A stretch of DNA of 64,000 bases from Eledone cirrhosa (taxonomy: Eukaryota): assembly GCA_964016885.1 (NCBI GenBank), contig OZ024742.1:310310001-310374000 (forward strand), read 5' to 3'. Positions 13,937-28,217 of this stretch are shown here, in pieces. Position numbers and translations under genes: made by a program. The notes under the pieces were generated by a model that was not told the origin of the DNA, ran no database searches, and saw only the letters and a list, made by a program, of their open reading frames with translations. Numbering within the stretch: position 1 is the first letter of the stretch; every line of letters begins with the position of its first letter.

Positions 13937-14178
13937 TTGAATTAGTATGGTATAGACAAGTACATATGTTGTTTAGGTGTATAATATTGTCAATACTCTG
14001 ATATGCCCAGTTCCTTGTTTGGTTGTTAATTCATTTGACTTTTATTTAACTTTATTTTATAATATATATATATATATATTTATTATATATATATATATGA
14101 TTATTTATGTGGTTGATTTCTACGGAGTAGGGAGTGGAAATACTGTATATATTTTATCTAATATTTCTTCAAACTTGC

Positions 14179-14220
<42 letters not shown>

Positions 14221-14804
14221 CAAAGTGTTGTAGTTTTCTTGATGCATTGTTGAATTGGAAACACAAATTTTAATAACTTTGAAAACAATACAATGCAATA
14301 GAGAGAAAATCAAGATTGCTTGATTATAATCTTACCTTTGCAAATTTGATAATCCCGAATATTTTTGGTTTTAAAAACTCATTATCTAGCGAGTATCCTT
14401 ATAAAAGACTTAAAAGATCGATCGAAATTGACTTGTTAGTTTGGAGAGCATATTTTGTTATATACATGGAAGTCTATTTATATTTCTCTCCTTCCGCCAG
14501 TACTATTTGTTTCACATTTTGTCTGCATCGTATGCTGTCCTAATCTAAATACACACACTTGTTTTCTCTCGTCTCTATATTGTTGATTTGTCACATATGC
14601 ATCTTTTGGAGAGGGGGTGCTGTAAGCCGTCGTGCAACCTCTGTAGGACATTATGCAATACTACGCGTATGCACGAAATTGCATCGCCCAGGGCTGGCTG
14701 AAGAGAATTTTGGATGCATTTGATCAATCGTCCCGCGTATTTGTGCTTTTTTTTCATACGCATATTTGCCATACATATATGTGTGTGTGTGAGTGTGCGT
14801 GTGT

Positions 14805-14919
<115 letters not shown>

Positions 14920-14984
14920 TGCTGGGCACACAAGCAGATGGGCGTGTGTTTTTTCCTGCCGGCAGCATATCACTAAATCCGTTT

Positions 14985-15071
14985 TCATCTGAGGATACCG
15001 TTCTCATAACAACAACAAATGCATGAAGGACTTCTCGATTGCATGGAGAACCGTGTAAATAATTATAATGA
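14985..15071 (+). ncRNA. Degenerate hammerhead ribozyme (TAAA in place of GAAA)
   Basis: TCAT-CTGAGGA-TAC.GTTCTC...GAGAAC.GTG-TAAA-TAATTA-TA-ATGA. Confidence 0.55.
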
Positions 15072-15118
15072 TTAAACGATTTATGTAACATCAGCATTAT
15101 TATTTTGTTATATATATA

Positions 15119-15155
<37 letters not shown>

Positions 15156-15156
<1 letters not shown>

Positions 15157-15440
15157 GATTAATCATCTTATTTACACAGACGAAAATACTATATATTTTC
15201 ACATTCCGGCAGTTGCAAGAGCCGAAGAGATCGTCCTGACGAGGACCAGTTGAGTTTGAAAAGCATCGACGATTGTCCCCCTTGCTTCTTCCGGGCACCG
15301 ACTGGTGGCGTTAGCTGCCAGTGTGTTATTCATAGCTATGGCTTTCTAAATGTTTATTTATAAACATACCGTATTTCTGTTAGAAATGCGAAATTCAAAT
15401 ACATATTTGTATACAGCTATGTTCTAAGCTAAATTCTAAA
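15156..15440 (+). mobile_element. Diverged family A HHR element
   Basis: Aligns to 28893-29113; flanked by (TA)n. Confidence 0.7.
15230..15273 (+). ncRNA. Minimal hammerhead ribozyme (family A, diverged)
   Basis: ATCGTC-CTGACGA-GGAC..GTTT-GAAA-AGCA-TC-GACGAT. Confidence 0.72.
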
Positions 15441-16039
15441 TATATATATATATATGTGTGTTTAAAGCACCGTGGGAAAATGCAAAAACAGAGAGTGAAG
15501 TATGTAGATAGATAATAAGGTAGGTTGTAAGATTAATAGATTAGTTGGCAGATAACAAATGCCAATAACAATAAAATTGGATGAAAGGACTTACTGAACC
15601 TGAAACGAGGAAAAAAGTCAACGTTTACGATGAGCAAGAATTTCATTGCTGAATAAGATTGTTTTAGGACATTACATTTTCTGCGGAATTCGAAGGCAGG
15701 TTCATTTATCACTTGAGAAACTATATTATTCGAATTCGGTGCACCGAAAGAGATATCATTCTATACATCCACAGCATGCACACTGAGAGATTTATGTGCG
15801 TATAATTGTTATTACATACATTTCGATATCAGAAATATATACACTTGAAGATACGAAAACAGTGTTCAAAGAATGTTTTCGGTGAAGGAGTAACTTTTGT
15901 TTGAAGATCAAGAATTTAAACTGATACGATTTTACATATTTTTATAGGATGAAACCTAAATGGCCTTGGGGCGGAAAGGGCCATAAAACAGTCGATATAA
16001 TGCATACATATACACATACATGGTGGCTGCCAACTCGTT

Positions 16040-16350
16040 TTCGAGTACGGCCACTACTTTATATCCATGTAGGAGAACCCCTACTGATGCGCTGAACGAG
16101 TGTGACTTTTTAGTCCAGCCAGCGACTTGAAACTTCTGGTACAAACACTACACTTGTGACAATTACTGACACATAGTGCTAGGCCCATTGTCCCTGTGAT
16201 GACAAGTGCAGAGAGATCTCCAGATATAAAGCAATGCCTGTGCCGTGAAGCTTTTATAGTGAGCAAAGGCACTGCACAAAGCCAGTCCCACTCTCTTAAC
16301 CAAGATGATATTTACCAAAAAGAAGAACAAGTCAACATCATTGGATACCA
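16040..16350 (-). mobile_element. RTE (BovB-type) LINE 3' end
   Basis: CSVCTRSFKSLAGLKSHTR resembles the RTE C-terminal C2H2-like motif. Confidence 0.55.
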
Positions 16351-16383
16351 TCAGGGTTGCAGGTGTTATATCAGAGTTTTCCT

Positions 16384-17186
<803 letters not shown>

Positions 17187-17193
17187 CATACAT

Positions 17194-17224
<31 letters not shown>

Positions 17225-17293
17225 AAGGACGTAAAATAAGAAAATATTTTTTTAAAAAAATTTAAAAAAAATTTTTTTCTTACTTAAATTTTC

Positions 17294-17375
17294 ACTCCAA
17301 CTAATTAGTTACTGCAATGGGATAAAGACAGTTACGTAATCCAACTGTCGAGAATTCATTGCGTCATCAGGAAGT
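17294..17375 (-). ncRNA. Hammerhead ribozyme copy with a mutated core (GTAA instead of GAAA)
   Basis: Same as 17852-17933 except for one core substitution. Confidence 0.65.
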
Positions 17376-17851
17376 CTATTCTCAGTTAAGTCTCCAGGCA
17401 ATGCGCGGACACTGGCGGCTCATATAAAAATAATAATAATTCGGTAGATCGAACAGCTTGCGAGGACTGGATTCTATGTACCGAAATTCTCACTGCTTCA
17501 AGTCAAATGGCCGATTCTAAAGAATCAATCACGTGACACAGAGGCTAGTTAGAAGGAATGGGATGGTAAGATGACTGACGCCTACTAACACCCCCAAAAA
17601 AATTTTTTTTAGAAGTGGTTTTGACAAGTTTGCTCGACAAATCAGTGATTTGGAGATAAATATAGATAATTTAATATATCAACTAACATAAGCGCACAGA
17701 TGCACGCCCATGCCAGCAAATACACAGGTTATGTCATAGTACCTAGGTGGTTCAATGCAGGAGAATGCAGAACAATAATATAAAGGACGTAAAATAAGAA
17801 AATATTTTTTTAAAAAAATTTAAAAAAAATTTTTTTCTTACTTAAATTTTC

Positions 17852-17933
17852 ACTCCAACTAATTAGTTTCTGCAATGGGATAAAGACAGTTACGTAATCC
17901 AACTGTCGAGAATTCATTGCGTCATCAGGAAGT
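17852..17933 (-). ncRNA. Type-I hammerhead ribozyme with extended stem II
   Basis: ACTTC-CTGATGA-C-GCAATG..GACAGTT..AACTGTC..CATTGC-A-GAAA-CTAATTAG-TT-GGAGT; stem I ACTTC/GGAGT; palindromic stem III. Confidence 0.8.
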
Positions 17934-18409
17934 CTATTCTCAGTTAAGTCTCCAGGCAATGCGCGGACACTGGCGGCTCATATAAAAATAATAATAATTC
18001 GGTAGATCGAACAGCTTGCGAGGACTGGATTCTATGTACCGAAATTCTCACTGCTTCAAGTCAAATGGCCGATTCTAAAGAATCAATCACGTGACACAGA
18101 GGCTAGTTAGAAGGAATGGGATGGTAAGATGACTGACGCCTACTAACACCCCAAAAAAAATTTTTTTTAGAAGTGGTTTTGACAAGTTTGCTCGACAAAT
18201 CAGTGATTTGGAGATAAATATAGATAATTTAATATATCAACTAACATAAGCGCACAGATGCACGCCCATGCCAGCAAATACACAGGTTATGTCATAGTAC
18301 CTAGGTGGTTCAATGCAGGAGAATGCAGAACAATAATATAAAGGACGTAAAATAAGAAAATATTTTTTTAAAAAAATTTAAAAAAATTTTTTTTCTTACT
18401 TAAATTTTC

Positions 18410-18491
18410 ACTCCAACTAATTAGTTTCTGCAATGGGATAAAGACAGTTACGTAATCCAACTGTCGAGAATTCATTGCGTCATCAGGAAGT
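18410..18491 (-). ncRNA. Type-I hammerhead ribozyme with extended stem II
   Basis: Identical to the 17852 copy. Confidence 0.8.
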
Positions 18492-18612
18492 CTATTCTCA
18501 GTTAAGTCTCCAGGCAATGCGCGGACACTGGCGGCTCATATAAAAATAATAATAATTCGGTAGATCGAACAGCTTGCGAGGACTGGATTCTATGTACCGA
18601 AATTCTCACTGC

Positions 18613-18664
<52 letters not shown>

Positions 18665-18705
18665 CATGTATGTAAAACGTAAACAGAATTTATAGCATAA
18701 ACGGT

Positions 18706-18754
<49 letters not shown>

Positions 18755-18759
<5 letters not shown>

Positions 18760-19043
18760 TACTTGGTTGGTTCCACAACCAGAACCAGATAGTTGTTTAT
18801 ATATTGTCATAGTTCTTTCGTCACACACTCTGTGACCTCTTCAGTGACTGGGGATTCCTTTCTTTGTTTTTGTGCCTCTCCTTTGTTCTGTCCTACGCCA
18901 TTTTGTTTCTCATATAATAAATTGAAGTGAAATCAACTGGTGCGTGTGTTTCTTATTGGCAACATGACCCTCCCAAAGTATAACAATATCGGTTTCAACA
19001 CACGATTTCAGATAAAGAATCTTGCTAAACAAATTCAGAAACG

Positions 19044-19047
<4 letters not shown>
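18755..19047. mobile_element. Short PLE family 2 head-to-head remnant (minus-strand HHR segment + plus-strand terminus)
   Basis: 18763-18910 is the reverse complement of the 16695-16838 region; 18915-19047 matches 16881-17013; (TA)n on both sides. Confidence 0.85.
18806..18848 (-). ncRNA. Hammerhead ribozyme, PLE family 2
   Basis: Reverse complement of the 16757 motif. Confidence 0.8.
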
Positions 19048-19133
<86 letters not shown>

Positions 19134-19429
19134 TGAATGGGATAACTAGAATGTGGTGGGGGAGAGAATAATAGCCGGGGAATGAATGTCTGTTAGTAAT
19201 AATTATAATTTTAGAGGTGGAGACGGAAGTGAGGGGGTGTTATACGTTTTTGTTTATTTATTGGAGATCTTATTAAGACATTGAGTGTTGCCACTTCCTG
19301 GACTTAGACGACTTCTCATTAAGATATATTCACCGACCTGGTTTAATCTACAGCTCAGCCTGGTCGTCTGGCGACGAACGGGATGTTGTGTTAATACCAC
19401 ATCGAGCTGGTGTGATTTCCTCAAACTCA

Positions 19430-20090
19430 CACATACATACACATACATGCATACACATACGCTCTGACACACACATACACTCAAACACACACTTACTCAC
19501 ATCTGTATATATAGGGAGACAGATACACTTAAATATATACACAGACAGATATATTAACATATATGCATGTACATACACAGACACACACACACACACACAC
19601 AAATACAAACAGACATACACATAAAATTACACACATACGAACACATATACAGACAGATATTATCACATATACATATGCACATGCAACCACACTCACACAC
19701 ATTTATACACATATAGATACACTGGCATACAAAGTTATGCATACATACAATAAATCATGTACAAATACATACAGAAGTATGCACACACATATACATTCAC
19801 ATACAAGGAAACATACACATTCACACAAATGCACATACATGCACAGACATATACATACGCACTTAGTTACAAACAAATGCATGCACACATATTATCAACC
19901 ATTTATAAATACACACAGCGGCATGAACACATATAGACATGTAGACACAGATATACTCAGGCTGAAGCATGCACACACACAGCACACTCACATGCCTACA
20001 TATACTTACACATAATCAAGCGTGTAGACGTCTACATGGATACAAGTATACACATGGATATACGCAAATAAATACAAATTTGCACACACA
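19430..20090. repeat. Degenerate CA-rich low-complexity tract
   Basis: Direct inspection. Confidence 0.8.
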
Positions 20091-20109
20091 TATAATTAAG
20101 AAATGGTAA

Positions 20110-20252
20110 GGCGGCGAATTGGCAGTGTCGTTAGGACGTCTAGTAGAATGCTTTGCGGTATTCGTTTCGGGCTCTCAATGCTACCGAGGTCAACTTTGCC
20201 TTTCATCCATTCGAGGTCGATAAAAAAGTACCAGTCTATTAGAGGGGTCAAT
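20110..20252 (+). mobile_element. SINE family S1 fragment
   Basis: Head and core. Confidence 0.65.
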
Positions 20253-20271
20253 CCTTTCTCTATATCTAATG

Positions 20272-20356
20272 ATTACCGAATGCTGAAGCTGGCGCATTAC
20301 TGCACCAGCTCCTGCAATTCTTGCTCTTAATTCAGCCTCCTGCTTTCCATCACGGT
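20272..20356 (-). mobile_element. RTE LINE internal fragment
   Basis: DGKQEAELRARIAGAGAVMRQL resembles the RTE post-RT region. Confidence 0.5.
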
Positions 20357-20554
20357 CCCAAGATATTTGAACTACCCCACCTGCTTCAGTGGAACTCCAT
20401 TCACATGTAGGGTGCACAGCGCAGGCTCCCTTGAGCGAAGGAGTGTCTCTGATTTTCATTTCAGCCATGCAGCTCTCGTTTCTCAAAGACACATTTGATA
20501 CTCAGTATATTATATATTTATTTCGATGTGTAAAATAAACATTAAACAAATTTG

Positions 20555-20770
20555 TCGAGCGACTTTCGTCAAATCGGACCGAGGACAAAATGTTTCCGTT
20601 GGTCTTTCCAATTGCTAATACTATCTATTGGTCGCAACTCCAAGTAGGAAGAGCAGCGTGAAATAAAGTGTCTTGCTCAAGGACATAACGCATCACCTGG
20701 TCCAGGAGTAGAACTGACAGCCCCATGATTGCAAATCCACTTCCCTAACCAATCAGCTACATGCCTTCAC
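20555..20770 (-). mobile_element. CORE-type SINE family S2
   Basis: Close match to 12930-13145. Confidence 0.75.
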
Positions 20771-21636
20771 AAAATAATTATATATTATATTGAGTATCAT
20801 TGTGTCTTTGAGAAATGAATGGATTGAAGTAGGCCGTTTGTCAACCAGGAAAGAAATCAAAGAATTTCTAATCGTGTAAATTATAGACACTCACAATACG
20901 CAATACAGAAAGCTGTGAAATGAAATGTGCTGGAATTCAAATCTCTTTATTCTGTGCACAGAATATCTACAGCGAAGTGTATCAATAAATAAAGTTTTAA
21001 ACTATATATAACAGGCTCCCTTACCGGATATTTCTATATGTATATATACAAAATATGAACAAATATCCCGGCAGTAGTTCTGTTGTAAATTGGTACATAT
21101 AATGTATGCCATTCATACTTTATATATATATTTACGTATGTGTGTCTCTGTCTGTCTGTCTGTCTATTTGTGTGCGCGAGCGTCTATATATGAACATTGT
21201 TTAGGATCGTGTTACGCCAAAGAAGCATCTTTATAGTTTCTTTCTACTGAGCAGGTGTGATACATTTGCTTCCTAGGGGTGTGAGAATTTGCTGTTACAT
21301 ATATATACAAACATATACACGCCCAAACACACACACTGGCATGGACAAACAAACACTCTCTCAGGCTCTCTATGTCTGTGTCTGTCACACTATCCAGTTT
21401 CTCTTTATCCACACAAACATATATATTTATGTATATGTGTGTGTGTGTGTATGTGTATGTATGCGTGTGTAAGCGATGAAATTGAATGAACGTACCTTAG
21501 GTGGGCGATCTACATGCTAAATATACATACGTTTGAAACTCACACATGTTACATAGCGAGTTCAAATATGTTTCTTTGAAGATGGAACGTCCTAAAACCT
21601 AAAAATCCCCAAATGAATGAGGTAAGTGTATATATT

Positions 21637-21698
<62 letters not shown>

Positions 21699-22099
21699 TA
21701 GTAAAACATTAAAACGTGAGGAGTTTCGTTACAAATCACATGTTATATGGAAAATAGGGTTCGGAAAATGCAATGACCGACCTTTTGGTAATTTAGCAGG
21801 TTTCTGTATTAATGTGCCAAATAATTTAATGTTTATATATATTTTTGTTTACGTTTCAGAAAAGCGACTACAAGTTGGTGATCACTACCTACATCAACTC
21901 CTCATTTTACTCTGACATCATGTAATGATCTTCCCTAGATACCATTTACCATCGGGTGGTCAATCTGGTTTCGGCCTCTTCCATTTGGGGAGTCATGTCA
22001 ACTTATGTTTGTCTTTGTGTGTGAAAAGTTTCCTTTCTACAATCTGCTCATAGGCAGTATATAGTTCCAATAGTATTTCTCAATTTTCCTTCAGGGTAC

Positions 22100-22470
22100 T
22101 ATATCCTTCTCTTCCCATGGTTCTTTCAAATGTGGTGTTGTTGTTCCCAACGTTTGCATTTAAATCTCCCATCACAATCTTTATATGATATGTTGGTATG
22201 TTTTCCAGCTCAGCCGGCAACAGCTCGTAAAATTCATCTGTGTCATCACTCGCATTGTCATTTGTTGGACTGTAATACTGTATAATAGTAATGTGGATCT
22301 ATTTCCCCTTTAATCTGGTCTTCATGATCCTGCTATTTACAGGTTCCCAATCAATAAGATGGTTGTCTACTCCTTTCTTCAGGATGATCGCTACCTCTTC
22401 ACAATGCTAGTTATCATCTCTTCCTGAGTACAACACTGTTTCTCCTGTGGTCGTTCTCAAACTTCCTGAA
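22100..22470 (-). mobile_element. RTE-like LINE AP-endonuclease fragment
   Basis: ITIIQYYSPTND..DEFYE..KIVMGDLNANVG on the minus strand. Confidence 0.75.
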
Positions 22471-24279
22471 ACAAATATCCAACACTTTAATGACTCTGCC
22501 AAATCACCAGTCTGCTCATTCAGTGATTACCTGTGGCTAAACAACAACACCATCACCAGCAGGAGTAGCAGCTGTTACATTATTTCAATTACACTGTTCA
22601 TTTCTTGTAACTGAAGCCCCTCTGCCTTTTATGACTCATTTGCAGTGACGAAGCCTCTAAATAGGCTGCAATTGATGTGGCTATTTAAGCCATAGATCTC
22701 ATTGATAACTGGTTTAAAACAGAGTTCATTCATAACTGGTTACAAACTTACAATTAATGTGAAATATGATGAGAACAAATAAGAAGACTGGAGGAAGAAA
22801 TTCAAGCAACATTGAAATTATGTCATAAAATAAATGAAAAATAGGTTAGTTGAAATGGAAAATTAAATAGTCGTACATAGGTGGTAAAAGAACAATTCAC
22901 ACAAAGGTGGGTGATATAATGGGGAGGGGACGCAAAGATGAACGTATATATATATATATATATATATATTTGAGGGACTTCCGTCCGTCACACAATGTGT
23001 GTGTGTGTGTATGTATGTGTGCGTGTGTGTGTGTGTGTTTGTGTAAATGTATGTGTATGTGAGTTTGTGTGAATGTATGTGTATTTGTGTGAATGTATGT
23101 CTGTGAGTGTGTATTTTTGTAAGTGTATCTCTGTTTGCACGTTTATATTTATATACTCACACATATTAATGTATGCATAAGCACATACACACACGCACAC
23201 ACATATATATACATACACATCAGCGTGTTGAAAACATCCTAGTGAGATAAAAACTACAATTCCGGACAAAGTGACACATTGGTAACTTGCTATTAGGTCA
23301 GCAAACTGATGCGAGGCTCTTTTGTTGTGGGGTTTAGAAATATTAAGGAAATAAAAGACAAAGCTGTTTAACTGACCAGTAAATTGAAATGAAATGTAAA
23401 TAAATTTTAATCCATTCTTAAGATTTCGAAATGTATTTTCTAAAAAAGACATCTTATTGCTTTCTGACCTTTGATTTGACACGGACATGGAAACAATTTA
23501 AAGAACATTCTGACAACCTTTAATATGATTGCTCATATAATCTGGGACTTGCTAGTTTGTTAAATTTTGGCAATACATTTAAATAATTTTAACAAGAAAC
23601 CCTCTCCTGTTACTCTTTAAAAAAATATCACGAACATCGTCATTATTCTTACATGCCTACCTCACACTAAATATCCAGCTATAGACAATATCAGACCATT
23701 GGAAAGTAAAGTGTACAGTAGAGAAGTATAAAACAACAACTTTGCAGCACTTCGTGTCCAGAGCTCGAATCATGCTGGGGTTTATTTAGTCACCCAACAT
23801 TCAAATCGATAATGTGTAATATGATCTATTCATTCAACTATACTCACCCATAATAAATATGTAGCTTTGTGACAATGTAAGAAAGGGTTTGTTTAATGTA
23901 TATATATGAAAGTAAAACATTGCGGTGAATAGTCATTAGAGTCTCGGACGAGAACCCTTTTATTATTTGATGGGGTTCTCTGTGCTCCGAGTTGAAATCT
24001 CACCGTCGAGTTGAAATCTCAACGTCGTTTACTTCAATTTTATAGCTCAGTTTAACACTAGAACCTGACATTTGGGTACCTTTAGCAAGCTTTCAGACCA
24101 GCTTTCCGGTTTGAGAATACCTTCCCTATACCGCCATACTTCACCTAACACAGCTACATTTAAATTGGTCCTGTGCACTTTGTCTAAACAGTACAATAGT
24201 CAAGAAGTGGGTGATTCCTATCCTGTCACGGGCATTTAAATAGTAATTTAGTGAAAGAACATACTGTATGGCATAACAC

Positions 24280-24392
24280 ATCAAATCGCGCCGAGGGGAA
24301 GTTTACCTTTCAGCCTTACGGCGTCGATAAAATAAAGTACGAGTAATGTACTGAGTAATTGCTGGCCTTGTGCCAAAAGTAGAAACAATTAT
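24280..24392 (+). mobile_element. SINE family S1 3' part
   Basis: Core and tail. Confidence 0.7.
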
Positions 24393-24627
24393 ATTGTATA
24401 TGGTGAAGTGAAGGAAACTTTGACTGATTTGACCAATATATACCATATATATCGAAAGAAGTTGATGGATTCACTACAATCTAGTTAGGTAAGAGGCACA
24501 CCACTCTAAACACATTCATGTATACACTAGTAAAAATCGATGTGTCGGCATAAATCACATACACAGACAGCTGCACAAGCAAAAACGGACATGCACACAA
24601 AAATACACGCGCAGATAGATACACATA

Positions 24628-24665
<38 letters not shown>

Positions 24666-24826
24666 AAATTCCTTTTTTAAATGTTAAATAGTGAGTCTTG
24701 TTACTCTGGTATGATGAGCCAGAGTAAGAAGACTGACTATTTAGCTTTAATAAAATGAATATTAAAACTCTACTTCGCTATTGAGTACTCTTTTCTCTCA
24801 GCCGTCAACCACATACAGATATACAT

Positions 24827-24869
<43 letters not shown>

Positions 24870-24878
24870 GGGGGGGGG

Positions 24879-25403
24879 AGTCCTTCATCAGTGACCCTCC
24901 AACCGTCCCAGGCATTTCATCGCTTTAAGGGCCATATACCTCAGGTTGGTGCGAACAACGGCTAAAAAAAGTCGTTGGGACACGTAAATAAAGAGAACGT
25001 TAGGGTGAACAAACAAAATGGTTTAAGCAACAGAAAGTGAGAGGAAAGAGACAAGTCCCAGATTTCTATGAATATAAACTCGATAAAATCGTGAACTACT
25101 AGAGAATAAAGACCATCGGACCTGGTTGAAATGTGAGTAAGGATGGAATTTCTCACAGGTCTAACGGGAGGAAGAAGAAGAAGGGGTCAGGTCTGCCAAT
25201 TCGGTAAACATAAGTTTTGTGAAGACGCAGACGAGAGAGAGAAAAAAAATTCATACCGGCTTGGCCAAGAGTGCGCGAGAAAAGGAATCGGACAGGTCAA
25301 GCGGGAAGAAAGAGGAGTGGAGGAGAGGTAGTGACAGGGTATGAGTGAGTGAAAGTTTATATGTAACCCATTTGCAACGCCGCAGCTCCATTATTATCAT
25401 ATT

Positions 25404-25408
<5 letters not shown>
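24879..25408. repeat. Dispersed repeat also present, rearranged, at 11100-11395
   Basis: 24879-25116 matches 11158-11393; 25360-25408 matches 11100-11148 in reverse complement. Confidence 0.8.
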
Positions 25409-25500
<92 letters not shown>

Positions 25501-25547
25501 ATGTATGTATATATATCTGTGTGTGTATGTATATCTATCTATCTATC

Positions 25548-26193
25548 CCACGACTCGTCTCGCTGACCGAGCTGCAATCCTGGGTCAAGCAAAGACCGAG
25601 GAAAATGGGCGACTGGCACATCGAATGTGCTCAGGCGCTCACAGCCCTCTGGCAGGCGGGCCGGGCGATTAGTGCAGACTCCACTTCGTCATTCTATAGA
25701 GGGTTGATCCGCAGCAAGTGCGACGACGTGCTCGGAGAAACTCTAGGCGTAGAGGAAGACGAACTGGCCAGTCTGTTCGGTAGGATCTTCCGCTCGGGAC
25801 CGATGGACAATTTCCAAAAGTCCCTGGCCTGGCAGTGCTACTGAGGAGCTCTACCAGTTAGAAACAAGCTCTACATACATGGGCGCCCGGGCAGGGACCC
25901 TTCGAAAAAGATCTGTCCGAGATGCGTGCGAGACGAAGAAATCGTCGCGCACGCCTTCATACACTGCCAGGGCGTTACCGACATGTGGGGCTATGTAGAA
26001 CGACTATTGTCGCGGGTGGGACCAATCCGGTTGAGCACCGAGGTATGTGTTACCCAATGTCTCCCCCTATTGGTGAAAATCGATTGATTTTTAAATTACA
26101 TTTGTGATAGCATTTTACACGTTTTTATTGTATGTAAACTTCTCCCTTTGTATTTGTCCCCTTCTTTTGTGCCCCTGTGGCTAATAAAGAAAC
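25548..26193 (+). mobile_element. Tx1 LINE 3' fragment with an internal deletion, within (TATC)n
   Basis: [16 protein letters not shown]...NFQKSLAWQCY matches the T1 ORF2; the sequence jumps to the 3' UTR at ~26042; (TATC)n on both sides. Confidence 0.88.
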
Positions 26194-26224
26194 ATATCTA
26201 TCTATCTATCTATCTATTTATCTA

Positions 26225-26275
<51 letters not shown>

Positions 26276-26574
26276 ATAAAAATACACACACAGGCACATA
26301 AAAAGAAGGAGAAAGACGATCTCAGATGATATTGCTATGATACAATAGACCGCCAGTTAACCTACTACAATGGTGAATGCAACCGTATGATGAAACCTTA
26401 AGTAACCAGATAAATGTCAATGCTGAACATAACTACAAGGCTACCTTTTCAAGTCGTCTTCAAGAAGGTCGGACCACACACTTAGTTAAAGCACATACTT
26501 ACACACATACACACACATACATGTATACACAGATCAACCAACACATATAGTATACATTCACACACACAAATTAA

Positions 26575-26614
26575 ATATATATATATGTATGTTTCTCTCT
26601 CTCTTTCACTCTCT

Positions 26615-26684
<70 letters not shown>

Positions 26685-26753
26685 AATATATATATATATA
26701 TGTATACACACAGATATATATATACAAAAACACACACACACGTATATATTTAT

Positions 26754-26809
<56 letters not shown>

Positions 26810-26930
26810 TCACACACGCACACACATAAATATATATATAGGTGTACATCTTCATGTTTTGATGAAAAGTATATATGGGTGGGGTCAAAAGCTGTGTTTG
26901 TTTATCTTTTGTATATTTATGTACAACATG

Positions 26931-27003
<73 letters not shown>

Positions 27004-27131
27004 ATGTATGTATGTATGTAATGTATGTATGTATGTATGTATGTATGTATGTATGTATGTATGTATGTATGTATGTATGCATGTGTGTATGTATGTATGT
27101 CTGTATGTATGTATATATGTATGTATGTATG

Positions 27132-27176
<45 letters not shown>

Positions 27177-27460
27177 GTATGTAAACATATATAATATGTC
27201 TGCTGAAATTTACCAGAAGCTATATCTTGATGTCTAGCAGTCACTTTAACCTTTTTATGTGTACACTATAATACCGCATGCAAATAATGAAGTGCATGCA
27301 TAGGATCATGCATGTGTGTATGCATGCATTAACACACACATACACTCGCACATACAACACACACACACACACACACACACCCACCCACCCAAACACACAC
27401 ACCCACCCACACACACACAGACACACACACATACACACATGTATATATATATATTTTTTT
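26575..27460. repeat. Compound microsatellite (CT)n/(TA)n/(TATG)n/(CA)n
   Basis: Direct inspection. Confidence 0.9.
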
Positions 27461-27559
27461 TTGCAAGAGATGTCAACATGAATGGGCCTGTTATTTTTAT
27501 CTAAATACATTTTTTCCAATTCTATCCCGGCCGTGCCCTCAATCTATTTCATTTCTCAT

Positions 27560-27600
27560 TCTTTCTTCTGATGAAGGACTAGCGTCCGAAACGTTAAAAC
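27560..27600 (+). ncRNA. Probable minimal hammerhead ribozyme
   Basis: CTGATGA-A-GGAC-TAGC-GTCC-GAAA-CGT-TA; stem I is weak. Confidence 0.55.
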
Positions 27601-27680
27601 CCTCTTTCTGCTATATCAAGCGTTAACCTAATATATCTCTTCAATATACTGTACCGATTGTGTTGTTATTTCTGTTTACC

Positions 27681-27766
<86 letters not shown>

Positions 27767-28217
27767 AAAAGATAAACAGAAATAACAACACAATCGGTAC
27801 AGTATATTATATAAATATATATATAAATATATAATAGTCATTGTCTTCAACACATAGATGTTGCTACCTCAGTTTTCAAACAATGCATGTATGCTAGATT
27901 GTGCTTTCACAGAGATACATGCGTTTTTTATCTTTCAGGTAACTGTAAACCCCGGACCACATGACTGCATGTGACCCCCTTAATCATTCGCCTGAGAAAG
28001 CCTCCAGACACATATAATGAACATATAGTTAATCAGTGTTTCAAATTTGTGTGAGAAATCGAAGATTTTGTTTTAAGAACAACCTTAACAACAGAAGTAG
28101 AGAAATTGTATTTTAGTTTCTCTGACTGTTTTGATGTTTAATCTTAGAATTGCTTGTTTTGTCTTTTCATATACAACCAGCCCCCATATATATATATGTA
28201 TATAAATATATATATAT

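Larger units (their letters stand above)
17223..18612 (-). repeat. 558-bp tandem repeat (2.5 copies), one HHR per unit; retrozyme-like
   Basis: Units start at 17223, 17781 and 18339 and are near-identical; no ORF; flanked by (TA)n. Confidence 0.9.

Noticed and set aside
16081-16272. Host C2H2 zinc-finger gene exon
   Set aside because: A single finger followed by a stop fits the C-terminus of an RTE LINE better.
17223-18612. CRISPR-like or other prokaryotic array
   Set aside because: Long identical units without unique spacers, no cas genes, and a eukaryotic context.
21575-21915. Possible host exon pair (GAG|GTAAGT at ~21621, TTTCAG at ~21859)
   Set aside because: No coherent reading frame or homology; such sites occur by chance.
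26030-26050. Internal deletion in the Tx1 fragment as the predicted spliced product
   Set aside because: The breakpoints are inside ORF2 and the 3' UTR, not at the predicted donor and acceptor.
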